This document shows positions 27,767-41,535 of a DNA stretch of 64,000 nt, one piece after another. Positions within the stretch are counted from its first letter, which is position 1, and each line of letters opens with the position of its first letter. A program made the translations under genes and the position numbers. Source of the DNA: Octopus vulgaris (Eukaryota); assembly GCA_951406725.2 (NCBI GenBank), contig OX597838.1, positions 44,020,001 through 44,084,000 of the forward strand. The letters are read 5' to 3'. The notes under the pieces are model-generated. The model ran no database searches. It was given only the letters and a program-made list of their open reading frames with translations, and was not told the DNA's origin.

Positions 27767-28044
27767 CCAAAAGAGACAACGAGAGGTAAGGTGACTTACT
27801 CTTGTGTACATTTCGAACTGTCTGAGGCGACCTTGGTCTTTTTTGTAGGTTTTTCTTTCCAAGGCTACACCTAAACTGTGAACTTTATATATATTGCTTT
27901 GTATACACCTCGTAACCCACAGATCCCTATTGATCGAACGTTTTTTCTTTGTGTGTCCCACCCATTCCTCCTCGAAAACAAAAACTCTACATTGTATTTC
28001 GTCCATTTTTTCTTTGTTTAGCCCTGTGTGGCCACAATAAAAAG

Positions 28045-28045
<1 letters not shown>

Positions 28046-28094
<49 letters not shown>

Positions 28095-28103
28095 GTCTAT
28101 CTG

Positions 28104-28151
<48 letters not shown>

Positions 28152-28193
28152 CCTACCTATCTATCTATCTATCTATCTATCCATCCATCCAAA

Positions 28194-28273
<80 letters not shown>

Positions 28274-28293
28274 CATCTATCCATCCATCCAGA

Positions 28294-28374
<81 letters not shown>

Positions 28375-28379
28375 ATCTC

Positions 28380-28422
<43 letters not shown>
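28046..28422 (+). repeat. (TATC)n tract between E2 and E3
   Basis: Direct reading. Confidence 0.97.
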
Positions 28423-28423
<1 letters not shown>

Positions 28424-30372
28424 GCCGAGGAGCCGTAACACTGCTGAAGAAAGATCTAAACAAGGGAAATGTAATAGATAACTTTAGGCCCATCACTCTG
28501 CTTAATGCAGACTTGAAAATTTTGGCCAAGGTGCTAGCCAAGAGGTTGGCGCTTGTCATCGAGAAACTGGTCGACAAGGCGCAAACATGCGCCGTGCCAG
28601 GCCGGACCATCCATGACAACCTCCATCTGATGCGCTACATCATAGACAGGGTAGTTAACGAACCTGGCATGGGTGGGGCCCTGATCAACTTGGATCAATC
28701 GAAAGCCTTTGATAGGGTAGACCATCGATACTTGGGGGCAGTCCTGAGAGCGGCTGGTTTCGGTCCCGTTTTCCGCGGATGGATAGCTGCCTTGTACAGA
28801 GGCATCCGTTCGGTAATTCGCGTAAATGGACATCTATCGAGACCTTTCAACATTGCACGTTCGGTCCGTCAGGGATGCCCCCTCTCGGCGCTTCTATACG
28901 TATTGACTCTTGAGCCACTACTGCGGAAGCTGGCGACTCTAAGGGGCATCCCGCGAGAATTGGGATGCGGGACGAGCGTGTCTGCATACGCGGACGACGT
29001 CACCGTCATAGTGTCTAGCCACGAGCACATCGAGCTGGTCGGCGAGACACTGAAAAACTACGAAGCGGTGACAGGAGCGAAAATCAACCGGGAAAAGTCA
29101 GTGGGCTTGCGACTAGGCACCTGGAGAAGCAAGCCCATGCCGTCCACCAGCGCCTCCGTCGTGGGACGCTGGACCGACGGCCCGGTTGAGTTGCTCGGGG
29201 TCTGGTTTGGTCCGGACCTCCAAGTGGAGAAGAACTGGAACGAGATAACGAGTAGGGTGGTCACTCTCGCCCGGCAATGGGCCGAGAGGAAACTGTCCCT
29301 AAAAGGTCGAGCGGAGGTGGCGAACACGTACATCGCGTCCGTCATCTACTACCGCCTGACCGTCGTACCTTGTCCCGACCCTACCATCACCAAACTACAA
29401 CGCATCCTCTTTCGCTTCTTGTGGAAAGGATGCGTCCCGATGGTCAGGCGATCCATTTGCTGTCAACACCCGTTAAAAGGAGGGCTGGGCATGCCGTGGT
29501 TGATGATGCGCAGACACGCGCTGAGACTGCGGCATCTCTGGCTCTATGTAGACGACGGTGAACAGGTGTGGTCGCCGTTTGTGAGGCACGCTTTCCCGCA
29601 GCTCGTCTCCATGACCGAACTGCAGTCGTGGATCAAAAAGAGGCCGAGGAAGGGCGAATGGCACCGCGAGTGTCGCGTTGCTCTCAAGCAACTCTGCCGT
29701 CCTGGGTCGACCTTAAGTGACTTCAACACAACCAAAGCATTCTATAGGGGTTTAGTGGAGGGGAGGTACGACGACGAGCTCGGGGCGAACCTGGACGTCG
29801 ACGAGGAGTACCTGACCCGCCTGTTCAGGACGACTTTCGGGCCAGGGCCCATGGACAACTTCCAGAGATCCCTGGCCTGGCAGTGCTACCGAGAAGCGCT
29901 ACCCGTTCGGGATAAGCTCTACAGACACGGCTCGAGAAACACGGGGCCGACCTGCCCGAGATGCGGTCAGAGCGACGAAACCGTTCTGCACGCACTCGTT
30001 CAGTGTCCAACAATTTCCGACCTGTGGGCTTATGTCGAACAACTGCTGACACGTGTGGGACGAGTCGGTTTATCAGCTGAGTCTATCGTCAATATTGTCA
30101 CGCCTCCTTCCTTCAAACGGGAAGGAAGAGCTATTTTCATCATCTTTGTGGCTATGGCGAAAGAATGTATCTGGTGGACGCGTCTGAAAGGATTGGAGAC
30201 AAACACTTTCCTCTCTGGTCAATCACTCATCAACTTCTTCAAGTACCACTTGAAAAGGAAAGTGAGAGTAGAGAGGCAAGTTTTGTCTAGCGAATGTTTT
30301 AAAAAAAGATGGGTGAATGTAGCAAGAATGGCACGTATGAATGACGAAGCCACCTTGAGCATAGTCCTATGA
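28423..30372 (+). pseudogene. E3 partial ORF2 (RT plus CCHC), uninterrupted frame but no start or endonuclease
   Basis: About 650 open codons with RQGCPLS, YADD and [18 protein letters not shown]. Confidence 0.92.
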
Positions 30373-30744
30373 ACCCAGAAATCGAAAACAGAGAGTTGCT
30401 TATTTGCAAAAAAAAAAAAAGAAATATAAAATGTGACTTCATTGACCGAGGTTACCGTGGTCTTTTCCGTAGGCTTTTCTTTCCACGGGTAAACCTCACC
30501 TGTCCTCCCCTTTACATTTCATATTGACATTTCTGTGATAACGATTCCTATCGATCAATTTTTTTTCCTCTCCCCCTTTTTTTTAACCCCCTTTTTTTGT
30601 CCTCTTTCTCTCCTTTTACGATCCCTTTTGATCGAAACTCCCCCTTCCTTTTTTTTTTTTTTTTTTTTTAAACCTTCAAAAGAAAAGCTCTACCTTGTAA
30701 TTTGTTCTATCTGTGTGCAGCCCTGTGTGGCTAATAAAGAAACA
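28423..30744 (+). mobile_element. 5'-truncated Tx1-clade element E3 (subfamily gamma)
   Basis: Begins abruptly in RT ([11 protein letters not shown]) after TATC; 3' end AGCCCTGTGTGGCTAATAAAGAAACA then TATC. Confidence 0.93.
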
Positions 30745-30925
<181 letters not shown>

Positions 30926-31008
30926 AGCTGCCCATCTCTTTCTCTCTCTCTCTATCTATTTGTCTGTCTGTCTGTCTATCAATTACACAGGCTCTACCTC
31001 TCTCGTTG

Positions 31009-31042
<34 letters not shown>

Positions 31043-31064
31043 CAACAACTTCTAAATATACGTG

Positions 31065-31262
31065 TATTTGTGTTTGCCCCCCCCCCCCACACACACAATC
31101 GCTTAACAACCGATGATGGTGTATTCATTTCCCCGTAAGATAGCGGTTCGGCAAATGCTACCGATAAAATATGTACTAGGCTAAGAAAGGTCTGAGGTCG
31201 AATTGTTCGACTAAAGGCGGTTCTCCAGCATGGCCGCAATCAAATGACTCAAACCAGTAAAA
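31065..31262 (+). mobile_element. SINE 3' half (family of 1347-1742)
   Basis: GCTTAACAACCGATG...TAGCGGTTCGGCAAA...CTCCAGCATGGCCGCA. Confidence 0.7.
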
Positions 31263-31329
31263 GTACATACATACATATACATACATACAAACATATATAT
31301 ATATATGTATATATGTATATATATATGTA

Positions 31330-31379
<50 letters not shown>

Positions 31380-31797
31380 AACGTATATACATATGTGTGT
31401 ATATATATGCATATATACGTATGTATATACATATGCATATATATATATATATATACATGTATTCCAACATATATATACATATATATATATGTGTGTTTGT
31501 GTGTGTGTATGTGTGTATGTATGGAGAAGCCTCTGATCGAAGGTAGCATCGCTTGTTATGATAATGTTTTTAATATGGAGGCTGAAGCACTAATATCATC
31601 GTATATTGTTTTACTGTTCACAGATGAAACCAGGTTCAAATCCTCTCGGCTACGCTACAACTTTTAATTTTTGTTTTATTTATTAAATATGGACGAGTCC
31701 GTGTGTGCATTAGCACCGTGCAAATGAACAAGAACAACGGAATATACATTTACGTATGCACTCATATCCAAACTCTCTTTCTGTCTCTGTCTCTCTG

Positions 31798-31846
<49 letters not shown>

Positions 31847-32679
31847 TTTCTCTTCTACGCCCACCTTCATCTCTGGAATTTTCTTCATGCAGAGGCAATC
31901 ATCAACGGACAGCTAGAAATCTCATTGGAGAGATTTTACATTCAATATGATTGAATTTCCTGTGTTTGTACACAATGTCCACACATCGAAGAATGAAATA
32001 TAATCCCACAATTCAATCGAATCGATAGTTTAGGAAACTTACAATAAATAAATAAACATCGAAATTAATTAATAAATAAGAAAGAATGACACCTCAAATG
32101 TATCTGGATTCAATAAATATTAATAAACATTCCTCGTCACAAATTGTAAATGAATTTATAATAAAATTTCATTTATCCTCATCTGCAAACTTATAATATT
32201 CTTTTCGAATTGTCCCTAAAGACGACAGGGTATGAGTTAAACTAAACACACACCTGCCACCTACGCACCCAAACACACGCAAAGACAAATATTTATACAC
32301 GCGCACACACATACGCATATATATATGGATGGATATATATTTACACATATACTTGTACACACATATATGTGTATGCATATGCATATGTACATATATGTAT
32401 AATATCAATCTATGTATCTACTTGTCTGTCTGTCAGCCTCTGTCTCTCTGCCTCTGTCTGTCTATCTGCCTCTCAGTCTCTCTTTATACACAAACTTCCT
32501 TCCAAGAACATCTAAAATCTTCTTAATACGAAATAGTTTCAATGTCATGATTAGCGAAAGCGAAACCAGTCGACAAACGATATTTTTCAGTTATAAAATA
32601 TATTACAAAACACATCAAAACTATGTAAGCTTTCCGCATTTTCTGTCTTCTATCTTATATACACATATTTTCCATTATA

Positions 32680-32836
32680 TAGGAGTGGCTGCGTGGTAAG
32701 AAGCTTGCTTCCCAACCACATTTTTACGAGTTCAGTACCACTGCATGGCACCTTGGGCAGGTGTCTTCTACTATAGCCTCGGGACGACCAAAGCCTTGTG
32801 AGTGGATTTTGTGGACTGAACTTAAAATAATCCCGT

Positions 32837-32837
<1 letters not shown>
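32680..32837 (+). mobile_element. SINE 5' half (tRNA head) ending at its internal (TA)n tract
   Basis: AGGAGTGGCTGCGTGGTAAG...GAGTTCAGTACC...GGCACCTTGGGCAGGTGTCTTCTACTATAGCC. Confidence 0.75.
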
Positions 32838-32867
<30 letters not shown>

Positions 32868-32869
<2 letters not shown>

Positions 32870-33093
32870 TCTTTTACTCTCTTCTACTCTTTTACTTGTT
32901 TCAGTCATTTGACTGCGGCCATGCTGGAGCACCGCCTTTAATCGAGCAACTCGATTCCGGGACTTATTCTTTTTGTAAGCCCATTCTCTATCGGTCTCTT
33001 TTGCCGAACCGCTAAATAACGGGGACATAAACACACAAGCATCGGTTGTCAAGCAATGCTAGGGGGATAAACACATACACACAAACACACACA

Positions 33094-33142
<49 letters not shown>

Positions 33143-33287
33143 GACGGGCTTCTTTCAGTTTCCGTCTACCAAATCCACTCACAAGGTTATAGTAGAAGAC
33201 ACTTGCCCAAGGTGCCTCGTAGTGGGACTGAACCCGGAACCATGTGGTTGGTAAACAAGCTACTAACCACACAACCACTCCTGCGCC
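32868..33287 (-). mobile_element. Near full-length tRNA-derived SINE
   Basis: Same head, body and (AAAAGAGT)n tail as 1347-1742. Confidence 0.85.
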
Positions 33288-33296
33288 AATAACTAA

Positions 33297-34241
<945 letters not shown>

Positions 34242-34243
<2 letters not shown>

Positions 34244-34759
34244 TTTTCGTCCTAAAAAACTTTGTATGGATTGAATGGTTACCTCTATGGAAATATATAC
34301 ACGCACATTATACATACATGTGTGTATAGATGAATATATAAATACATTTAAATATCTATATACACTTTTGGGCGATCTTTGTGCTACTTAGAGATAACTT
34401 TAGATCTTATTTTCGTCCTAAAAAACTTTGTGCGGAGTGAATGGTTACGTCTATGGAAATATATACACACACATTATACATACATCTGTGTATAGATGAA
34501 TATATAAATACATTTAAATATCTATATACACTTTTGGGCGATCTTTCTGCTACTTGTACATACTTTAGGTCTTATATTCGTCCTAAAAAACTTTGTATGG
34601 AGTGAAAGGTTACCTCTATGGAAATATATACACACACATTATACATACATCTGTGTATAGATGAATATATAAATACATTTAAATATCTATATACACTTTT
34701 GGGCGATCTTTCTGCTACTTGGATATACTTTAGGTCTTATATTCGTCCTAAAAAACTTT
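34242..34759. repeat. Tandem repeat, about 165-bp unit, about 3.1 copies
   Basis: CGTCCTA(AAAAACTTT) recurs, with CGTCCTA ending at 34254, 34420, 34585 and 34750. Confidence 0.92.
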
Positions 34760-34798
34760 CCTGTCACACACTCACGCACACGCACATACACACGCACA

Positions 34799-34843
<45 letters not shown>

Positions 34844-35237
34844 ACACGCACACACACGCACACACACACACACGTTAGCTTACAATTTTATTTATATATT
34901 TGCGTGTCTATGTCTGTAAAGAGGAAGTGGGAATGCAGAGTGAAAGAGTCACTCACTACAAAAAGTGAATTACTTTCACTTTATTCGTTGCACACTGTGT
35001 GTGTGCGTGTGCGTGTGCTGTAGCCCACACTAAGAAAAGCATTTGACTTATACACCAGAATGTGAGTTTTCTCTAAATTTTGCTTAATTGGGGTTGAAAT
35101 TTTAAAAAGTGGACCTGGCAAGACCCGATGCATTCTACTCTTAAAAATGCTTGGTAAATTGTAATTGAAGAAATCCCATATTGTAGATTTCTATAAGAGA
35201 CAAAGGGAGGTAGATAAAATCTGCCTTTTATAATAAG

Positions 35238-35272
<35 letters not shown>

Positions 35273-35277
35273 TATAT

Positions 35278-35915
35278 TTATAATTAATATAGGATAAAAT
35301 TTTTTCGGGCCAGCATATCGAAAAATGCCTTTAAAGGTAAAATTTATACATAATTTACAAGATAAGGGCAGAAGAAAAATTCTAATGCCAGATATGCCGA
35401 AACAAAAAAATTTGTCGATAACCATTATAATTTATGCGTCTCGAAACAAACCGATAGAAATCTCTAAAAAATTCGTTATTACCGTTTTGGTCCAATTTCG
35501 GGGTTAATTCATAAGAAATTTTTCCCCTCTTCAGCGGCAAATACGCGAGATATAAATGAAATACTTACTCATACCCATGGAAAAAGGAAGCACTAAGTCC
35601 CGAGCAGACTTAAGTACCCCAAATATATCCAAAATAGAAAAATCTGCAGCGCACCTCGAGACACGTGTGATTCGAACTAGAAACTTTCACAGTGATAGAA
35701 TCCTATAATTAATATAGGATGAAATTGTTTTCGGGAAAAAAATTTAATCAATGGCCAGCATATCAAATAATGCCTTTAAAGGTAACATTTATACATAATT
35801 TAAAGATAAGGGCAGAAGAAAAATTCTTATGCCAGATATGCCGAAATAAAAATTTTGTCGATAACCATTATAATTTATGCGTCTCGAAACAAACCGATAG
35901 AAATCTCTAAAAAAT
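35278..35915. repeat. Direct repeat of about 190-210 bp (35278-35472 and 35705-35915)
   Basis: ATAATTAATATAGGAT...GCCTTTAAAGGT...GCGTCTCGAAACAAACCGATAGAAATCTCTAAAAAA occurs twice. Confidence 0.85.
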
Positions 35916-35926
35916 GTATAAATACA

Positions 35927-36002
<76 letters not shown>

Positions 36003-36469
36003 TTTTTGTCGCTGTGTTTGTTCCCACACAACCGCTTGACAACCGATGTTGGTTGTTTACGTCCCCGTAACGTAGCGGTTCGGCAAAAGGGACCAATAGA
36101 TTAAGTACTAGCTCGCAAGATGTTCTTTTATAACTGAAACTTTTCATTTATATCATATATTCGACATTAACATTCTGTTATAATCGTTCTACTTTGGATA
36201 GTAGCGGTTTGGGATGTTTATTCTGTTTACTGTTTCTGCTTTTTAAATTTTATTCTGATGTTTCTTAATCTATTCATATGACGAAGCATATTTCTTACAA
36301 GATCAATATGTTTTTTGTAATTACGTAAGCGGCACACAAAAGTGTATTACAAAAATATTTTTGCAATCGTGGCAACTATCTGTTCATAGGCTGGGGTCGA
36401 TTTGTTCGACTAAAGGTGGTGCTCCGGTATGGCCGTAGTCAAATGGCTAAAACAAGTAAACGAATAAAA

Positions 36470-36520
<51 letters not shown>

Positions 36521-36526
<6 letters not shown>

Positions 36527-38560
36527 GTCATCCCATTAATGCTGCTTTTTTATACTTGTATTTTTCAAATTAAAGATAAACAAAGTTCTTTTTTAATCTA
36601 AACTATACTCTCCTTCATTTTCTACCAAGCTCTTCCATCTATTTGGTAGACTTGCAAGGCTCCTCTTCCAAAATTCACTTCTCCCTGACGAAAAATACTC
36701 CTCCAGAACTGTTGTGACCTCGTCCACAGAATTCATATATTTTCTGTCCGAACGATTTTGAAGACTGCAGTATAAATGAAAATCAGATGGGGCAATGTCC
36801 GGCGAATATGGTAGGTGAGGCATCATTTCTTATTCAGACTACTCCAGCCTTTAGAATATCATTCTCGCAATATGTGGTCGAGCATTATCCTGATAGAACA
36901 CCTTCCGTCTTGAAACCAAAAACGGTCATTCTTCTTCTGGTGCTGACTTAAGCCGCTCAAGCTGCTCGCAGTAGATCTCCTTTGTTATCGTTTGCTTTGG
37001 GTTTAGAAGGTCAAAGTGGACTAAATGTTTCATATACCACCAAATATCAGGTCATCCCTTAAGTTATGTCCGAATTTTGAATAAAGAAAACAAGTGATAA
37101 AATGTTATATTTAACTGAAATTTAATCATCAATGTACTTTTCCTGATTACCTATGACTTCCTTCTGTCTATTTACAAGCTTTTTAATCCCATCAATTTAA
37201 ACTCTTTTGGTTTCAAAGCGAAGAACTCTGAAATGTCAGTTTCTACCTCCTCCTGGCTTGCGAAAGTTATGTCCCCCAAATGATTCTGTAAACTACGAAA
37301 CAAATGGTAGTCTGAAGGAGCAAGGTCGGGAGAATAAGGTGGATGAGGAATTTTTTCCCAAAAAAGCTCTTCAATCTTCTGTGATGTGATCTTTGCAGTG
37401 TGGGGTCATGCATTGCCCTGATGAAGCATCACTCCTTTTCGATTCACTGAAGCGGAGGTTTTTTCTCCAAAGCTTGGTTCAAACGCTCTAATGGGTGACA
37501 GTAGATTTGAGCATTAATTGTTGCATTAGGTGGTAACAATTCAAAGTGAATTACTCCTTTGCAATCCCACCAGATAAAGAGAAGAACCTTTTTTCCATGA
37601 AGTTCCCTTCTCGGTTGTGGTTCAGCTTTTTCCCTCTTACCAAGCCACTGTTCGCGACATTTAACATTTCAATAGAAGACCCATTTTTCGTCACCAGTCA
37701 CAAGTCTATCCAAAAAGTGTGAAATGAGTTCGCGAGAATGGAGAGAAGAGCAGATGTCGACTTGGGATTTGCGGTTGCTTTCTGTCAATTCATGAGGCAC
37801 CCATTTTCCAAGTTTAGGAACATTTCCAAGTTGTGGAAGATGGTGATGAACAGTTGTATGGTTTGAACAAAACTTTATTGCCAATTCTTCAAATGATAAT
37901 GCAGGATTTTCTTCATGTAATGCCCCAAGGAGCTTATCATCAAACTCCACAGGACGTCCTGTTCGTTCTTCCTCTTCAAGGTTGAAATCTTCACCTCTGA
38001 ATTTTGCAAACCATCTTCTGCAAGTTCTTTCATTCAAGTATTCTTTTCCATAAACTGAGTGTATGTTTCGAGTCGCTTCGGCTGCAAAGTTTCCTTTTTT
38101 GTACTCATAAAGCATTATGTGCCTCAAATGCTCTTTGGATATTTCCATGTTAGAAAGGGTTTTAATCAAAGAAATTTTAATTCTATTATTCTCTAAAATA
38201 ATATTTAATTAGTTTAAATGTACACAAATGTAAAAAAATAATTTTAAATTCCATTAGTCATTCTAAAATACTATTAAATTTCATTCAATTTTAAAAAAGG
38301 TAAAATCGAACAGAACTTATGGGATGTCCTGATCGATAAGAAAACGGTAAGTGGGTGAAAATCTTCTTTCACCTGGGGTACGGGTGTTTCTCCTTTCCCT
38401 GCTGTCTTCGTCGTTTGGCATTTTTATAGAGAACCCATTTGTCGTCACCAGTCACTCTACGGTCCAAAAAAGGTTCATTTGCGAGATGTAACAGCAAGGA
38501 AGAATACACATTCACACTCTGCGATTACATTCGCGAAGTTTGTGAGGAACCCATTGACAC
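36521..38560 (-). mobile_element. Mariner element A (decayed), interrupted by nested mariner B
   Basis: TIR-like TATTGGGTCATCCCATTAA; C-terminal YSPDIAPSDFHLY at 36593-36826; WVPHKL and VTGDDKWVLY resume at 38335-38560. Confidence 0.75.
37047..38332 (-). mobile_element. Mariner element B with both TIRs and a transposase pseudogene
   Basis: TIRs TCAGGTCATCCCTTAAGTTATGTCCGA / TCGAACAGAACTTATGGGATGTCCTGA; MEISKEHLRHIMLYEYKKG..WVPHEL..VTGDEKW. Confidence 0.88.
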
Positions 38561-38762
38561 GTATTACACGTAACATACACACACATGCACGTTAGCCCCA
38601 CACTTCCATACGCAGACAAACACACACATATAAATATATATAGACACACTCAGTCGCCCGCACATGCATACTCACTCGCCCCATCAGACATACACACTCA
38701 GACATCATTCTCTCATACTCACACACGCGTGCACATCTTTGTTCCTTAGGGTAACCTTTACC

Positions 38763-38814
<52 letters not shown>

Positions 38815-38964
38815 GTATTATCTCCCTTTCACTTTTTTCCAGTCATCTCCCGAGTGTTAACCTAATACACTAGCTTCTAGTTCTTACACCTGTCTTCGTT
38901 TTTAAATATGTGTGTGTGTTTGTGTGTGTGAATGTGTGTGTGTTGTGTGTGTGTGTGTGTGAGT

Positions 38965-39175
38965 ACACTTTTGCTTGTTCTCCACACCCGATTGACAACT
39001 GGTGCTGATGTGTTCACGTCTCCGTAACTTAGCGGTTTGTTAAAAGAGACCAATAGAATGAGTACTATGTTTAAAAAAAGTAAGTCCTGGCCTCTACTTG
39101 GCTGACTAGAACACGCTAACTTCGTGCCTCAACATGGCCGCAGTCAAATCTCTGAAACGTGTAAGAGAGAAAAGA
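38965..39175 (+). mobile_element. Decayed SINE 3' half
   Basis: TTGACAACTGGTG..CCGTAACTTAGCGGTT..AACATGGCCGCAGTCAAAT. Confidence 0.6.
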
Positions 39176-39439
39176 CACGTCTACGCGCCGTATAATGTCA
39201 TTTTAGCTTCTCTGCACATTACATCATCTAATATTTATTTCCGTATTTTGTGACATTCATATACATTGGCGTTGCATTTTCTTCCCCCGTGGGACAATAA
39301 GATAAATACCAGTTATATAATGTTTTGAATAATAAATTGAAGACACACATTAGAAATGCTTTACTTGTCATCAATGCTAGAATTCATTATATCATTAGCC
39401 ATTTGTCGCGCCATTTGACTGTATTTCTGTATCTGTTAC

Positions 39440-39517
<78 letters not shown>

Positions 39518-39520
39518 GTC
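39440..39520 (+). repeat. (TATC)n tract without an element
   Basis: Direct reading; no element 3' end upstream. Confidence 0.95.
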
Positions 39521-39697
39521 TGCCTGCTGCCCGTCTGACAGCCTATCCATCTTTTTATTTATCTACCTCTCTCTTTATAATAGGCAAACATACATACACA
39601 TACACACACTTGTAAATATATATATATATATACATACATACACATATATATATGTATATATATACATATACATATACATGTATATATATATATACAT

Positions 39698-39786
<89 letters not shown>

Positions 39787-40362
39787 AATAGAAACGGACA
39801 GATAGAGAAAGAGAGAGGAGTCGAGTTGATGATTGCATTAATCTATATACTACTATGAATACACATGTAAAATTACAAAACGGGACTTCCATTTATGTTT
39901 CTGGAAGCTTTTTTAAGATTTTTTCCCCATCTCCTCTCCTATGTTTGGACTCTATAAATACGCCTCAATTTGTCCAGGTGAGGAGAATAGCAGTTGATGG
40001 ATGCAATGCAAATAAATTCTTAATGTCTGCTTTGCAATGAGTTTCAATCAGCCGCTGCCGCAAGTGCGAGAGCAGCGGCGTTATCGTCACCAATAGATGA
40101 TGTGTCATCAGCACCAGCAGCAAAAGCAGCAGCGATCACATTTGAAGCTAATCGCGTATTAATACCCCACACTCCCACCCAAAACCCCCAAATAAAGCAA
40201 AAAGTAATATAAAACGAAGGAAAAAATATTAAAAAGAAAAAAAAAGTGTACCTTGTGACATCCGAAGCATAAAATAATCGGTTGTTATTTTTTCCAATGT
40301 CAGAACTAGTTGAACATCGTTTCCTTCCCCACCAAGCAATAGTTTTAGCTACGTTTTTGTGG

Positions 40363-40570
<208 letters not shown>

Positions 40571-40914
40571 GCTAGCCAAATATATATATGTATACATATA
40601 GATATAAACACATTTATGTGTATGTATATATATACACACACATATATATGTATATATATTTATATATACACTTTGTACATACATACATGTATGTATATGG
40701 GTGTATATTTATATATACTTGTATAAATATATAAATATATATAAATACATCTATATAGATATGTATATACAGCTCTCTCTCTCTAGGTTCCTACATATAT
40801 ATGTACAATATGATATCCGTATATATATATGTGTGTGCGTGTCTGTGTATATATATACACACACATATGCACATATATGTTGGTATTTATGTGAGCGTAT
40901 ATATATGTCTGTGT

Positions 40915-40966
<52 letters not shown>

Positions 40967-41497
40967 ATAGGTGTATGTGTGTATATGTGTGTTAATGAGT
41001 TTCTACAAATATGCGCAATAAAACCGGTATGCTGGTTTGTTTTTTCAGCGTATGCATTAATTGTATGTGTGTCCAGCCATTTTAGCAAACAAATTATTAT
41101 TTATAATAGATGTCAATGGAAGAGTTATTTGTTCCAAATGGCAGTAATTGTTCCATATAAAAGTAGTTTTTAATCAGCATCAGAGTGGTATTTCTTTGCT
41201 TTTGATTTTATTGTGCTTGTGGAAGGCTAGGCGGGTAGGTGTTACTTTCATTTCTCTAACGTATATCCGGGTATATATATATATATAAATAGGAACGGAG
41301 CTCACTTAACATTCCACTTATAATTTTCATGTTACCTTCACGATTAGGATTATTATCATCAAATCCGCAGACCTTCCTCTATAAGTGCTAACCCGTTAGC
41401 ACTTATTTTTGTAGTTATTGTAAGTGGTGTGTGCGAAACGTCCTTTGTCTCATTTTTTATTTTCATATTGTTCTTTTTCTAACGGCATCAGCCCCTC

Positions 41498-41535
<38 letters not shown>

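Larger units (their letters stand above)
22131..28045 (+). mobile_element. Full-length Tx1-clade element E2 (5' module B, body beta)
   Basis: Follows a 20-bp TATC spacer (22111-22130); ends AGCCCTGTGTGGCCACAATAAAAAGT then TATC. Confidence 0.93.

Noticed and set aside
27949-30372. 807-aa ORF (and the 389-aa ORF at 60942) with an LSIY-repeat N-terminus fused to RT
   Set aside because: The N-terminus is translated (TATC)n, which has no stops on this strand. The fusion is a chance frame match to a 5'-truncated element with no ATG-based start.
39960-40150. GC-richer unique stretch, possible host exon
   Set aside because: No recognisable protein motif or supportable splice structure
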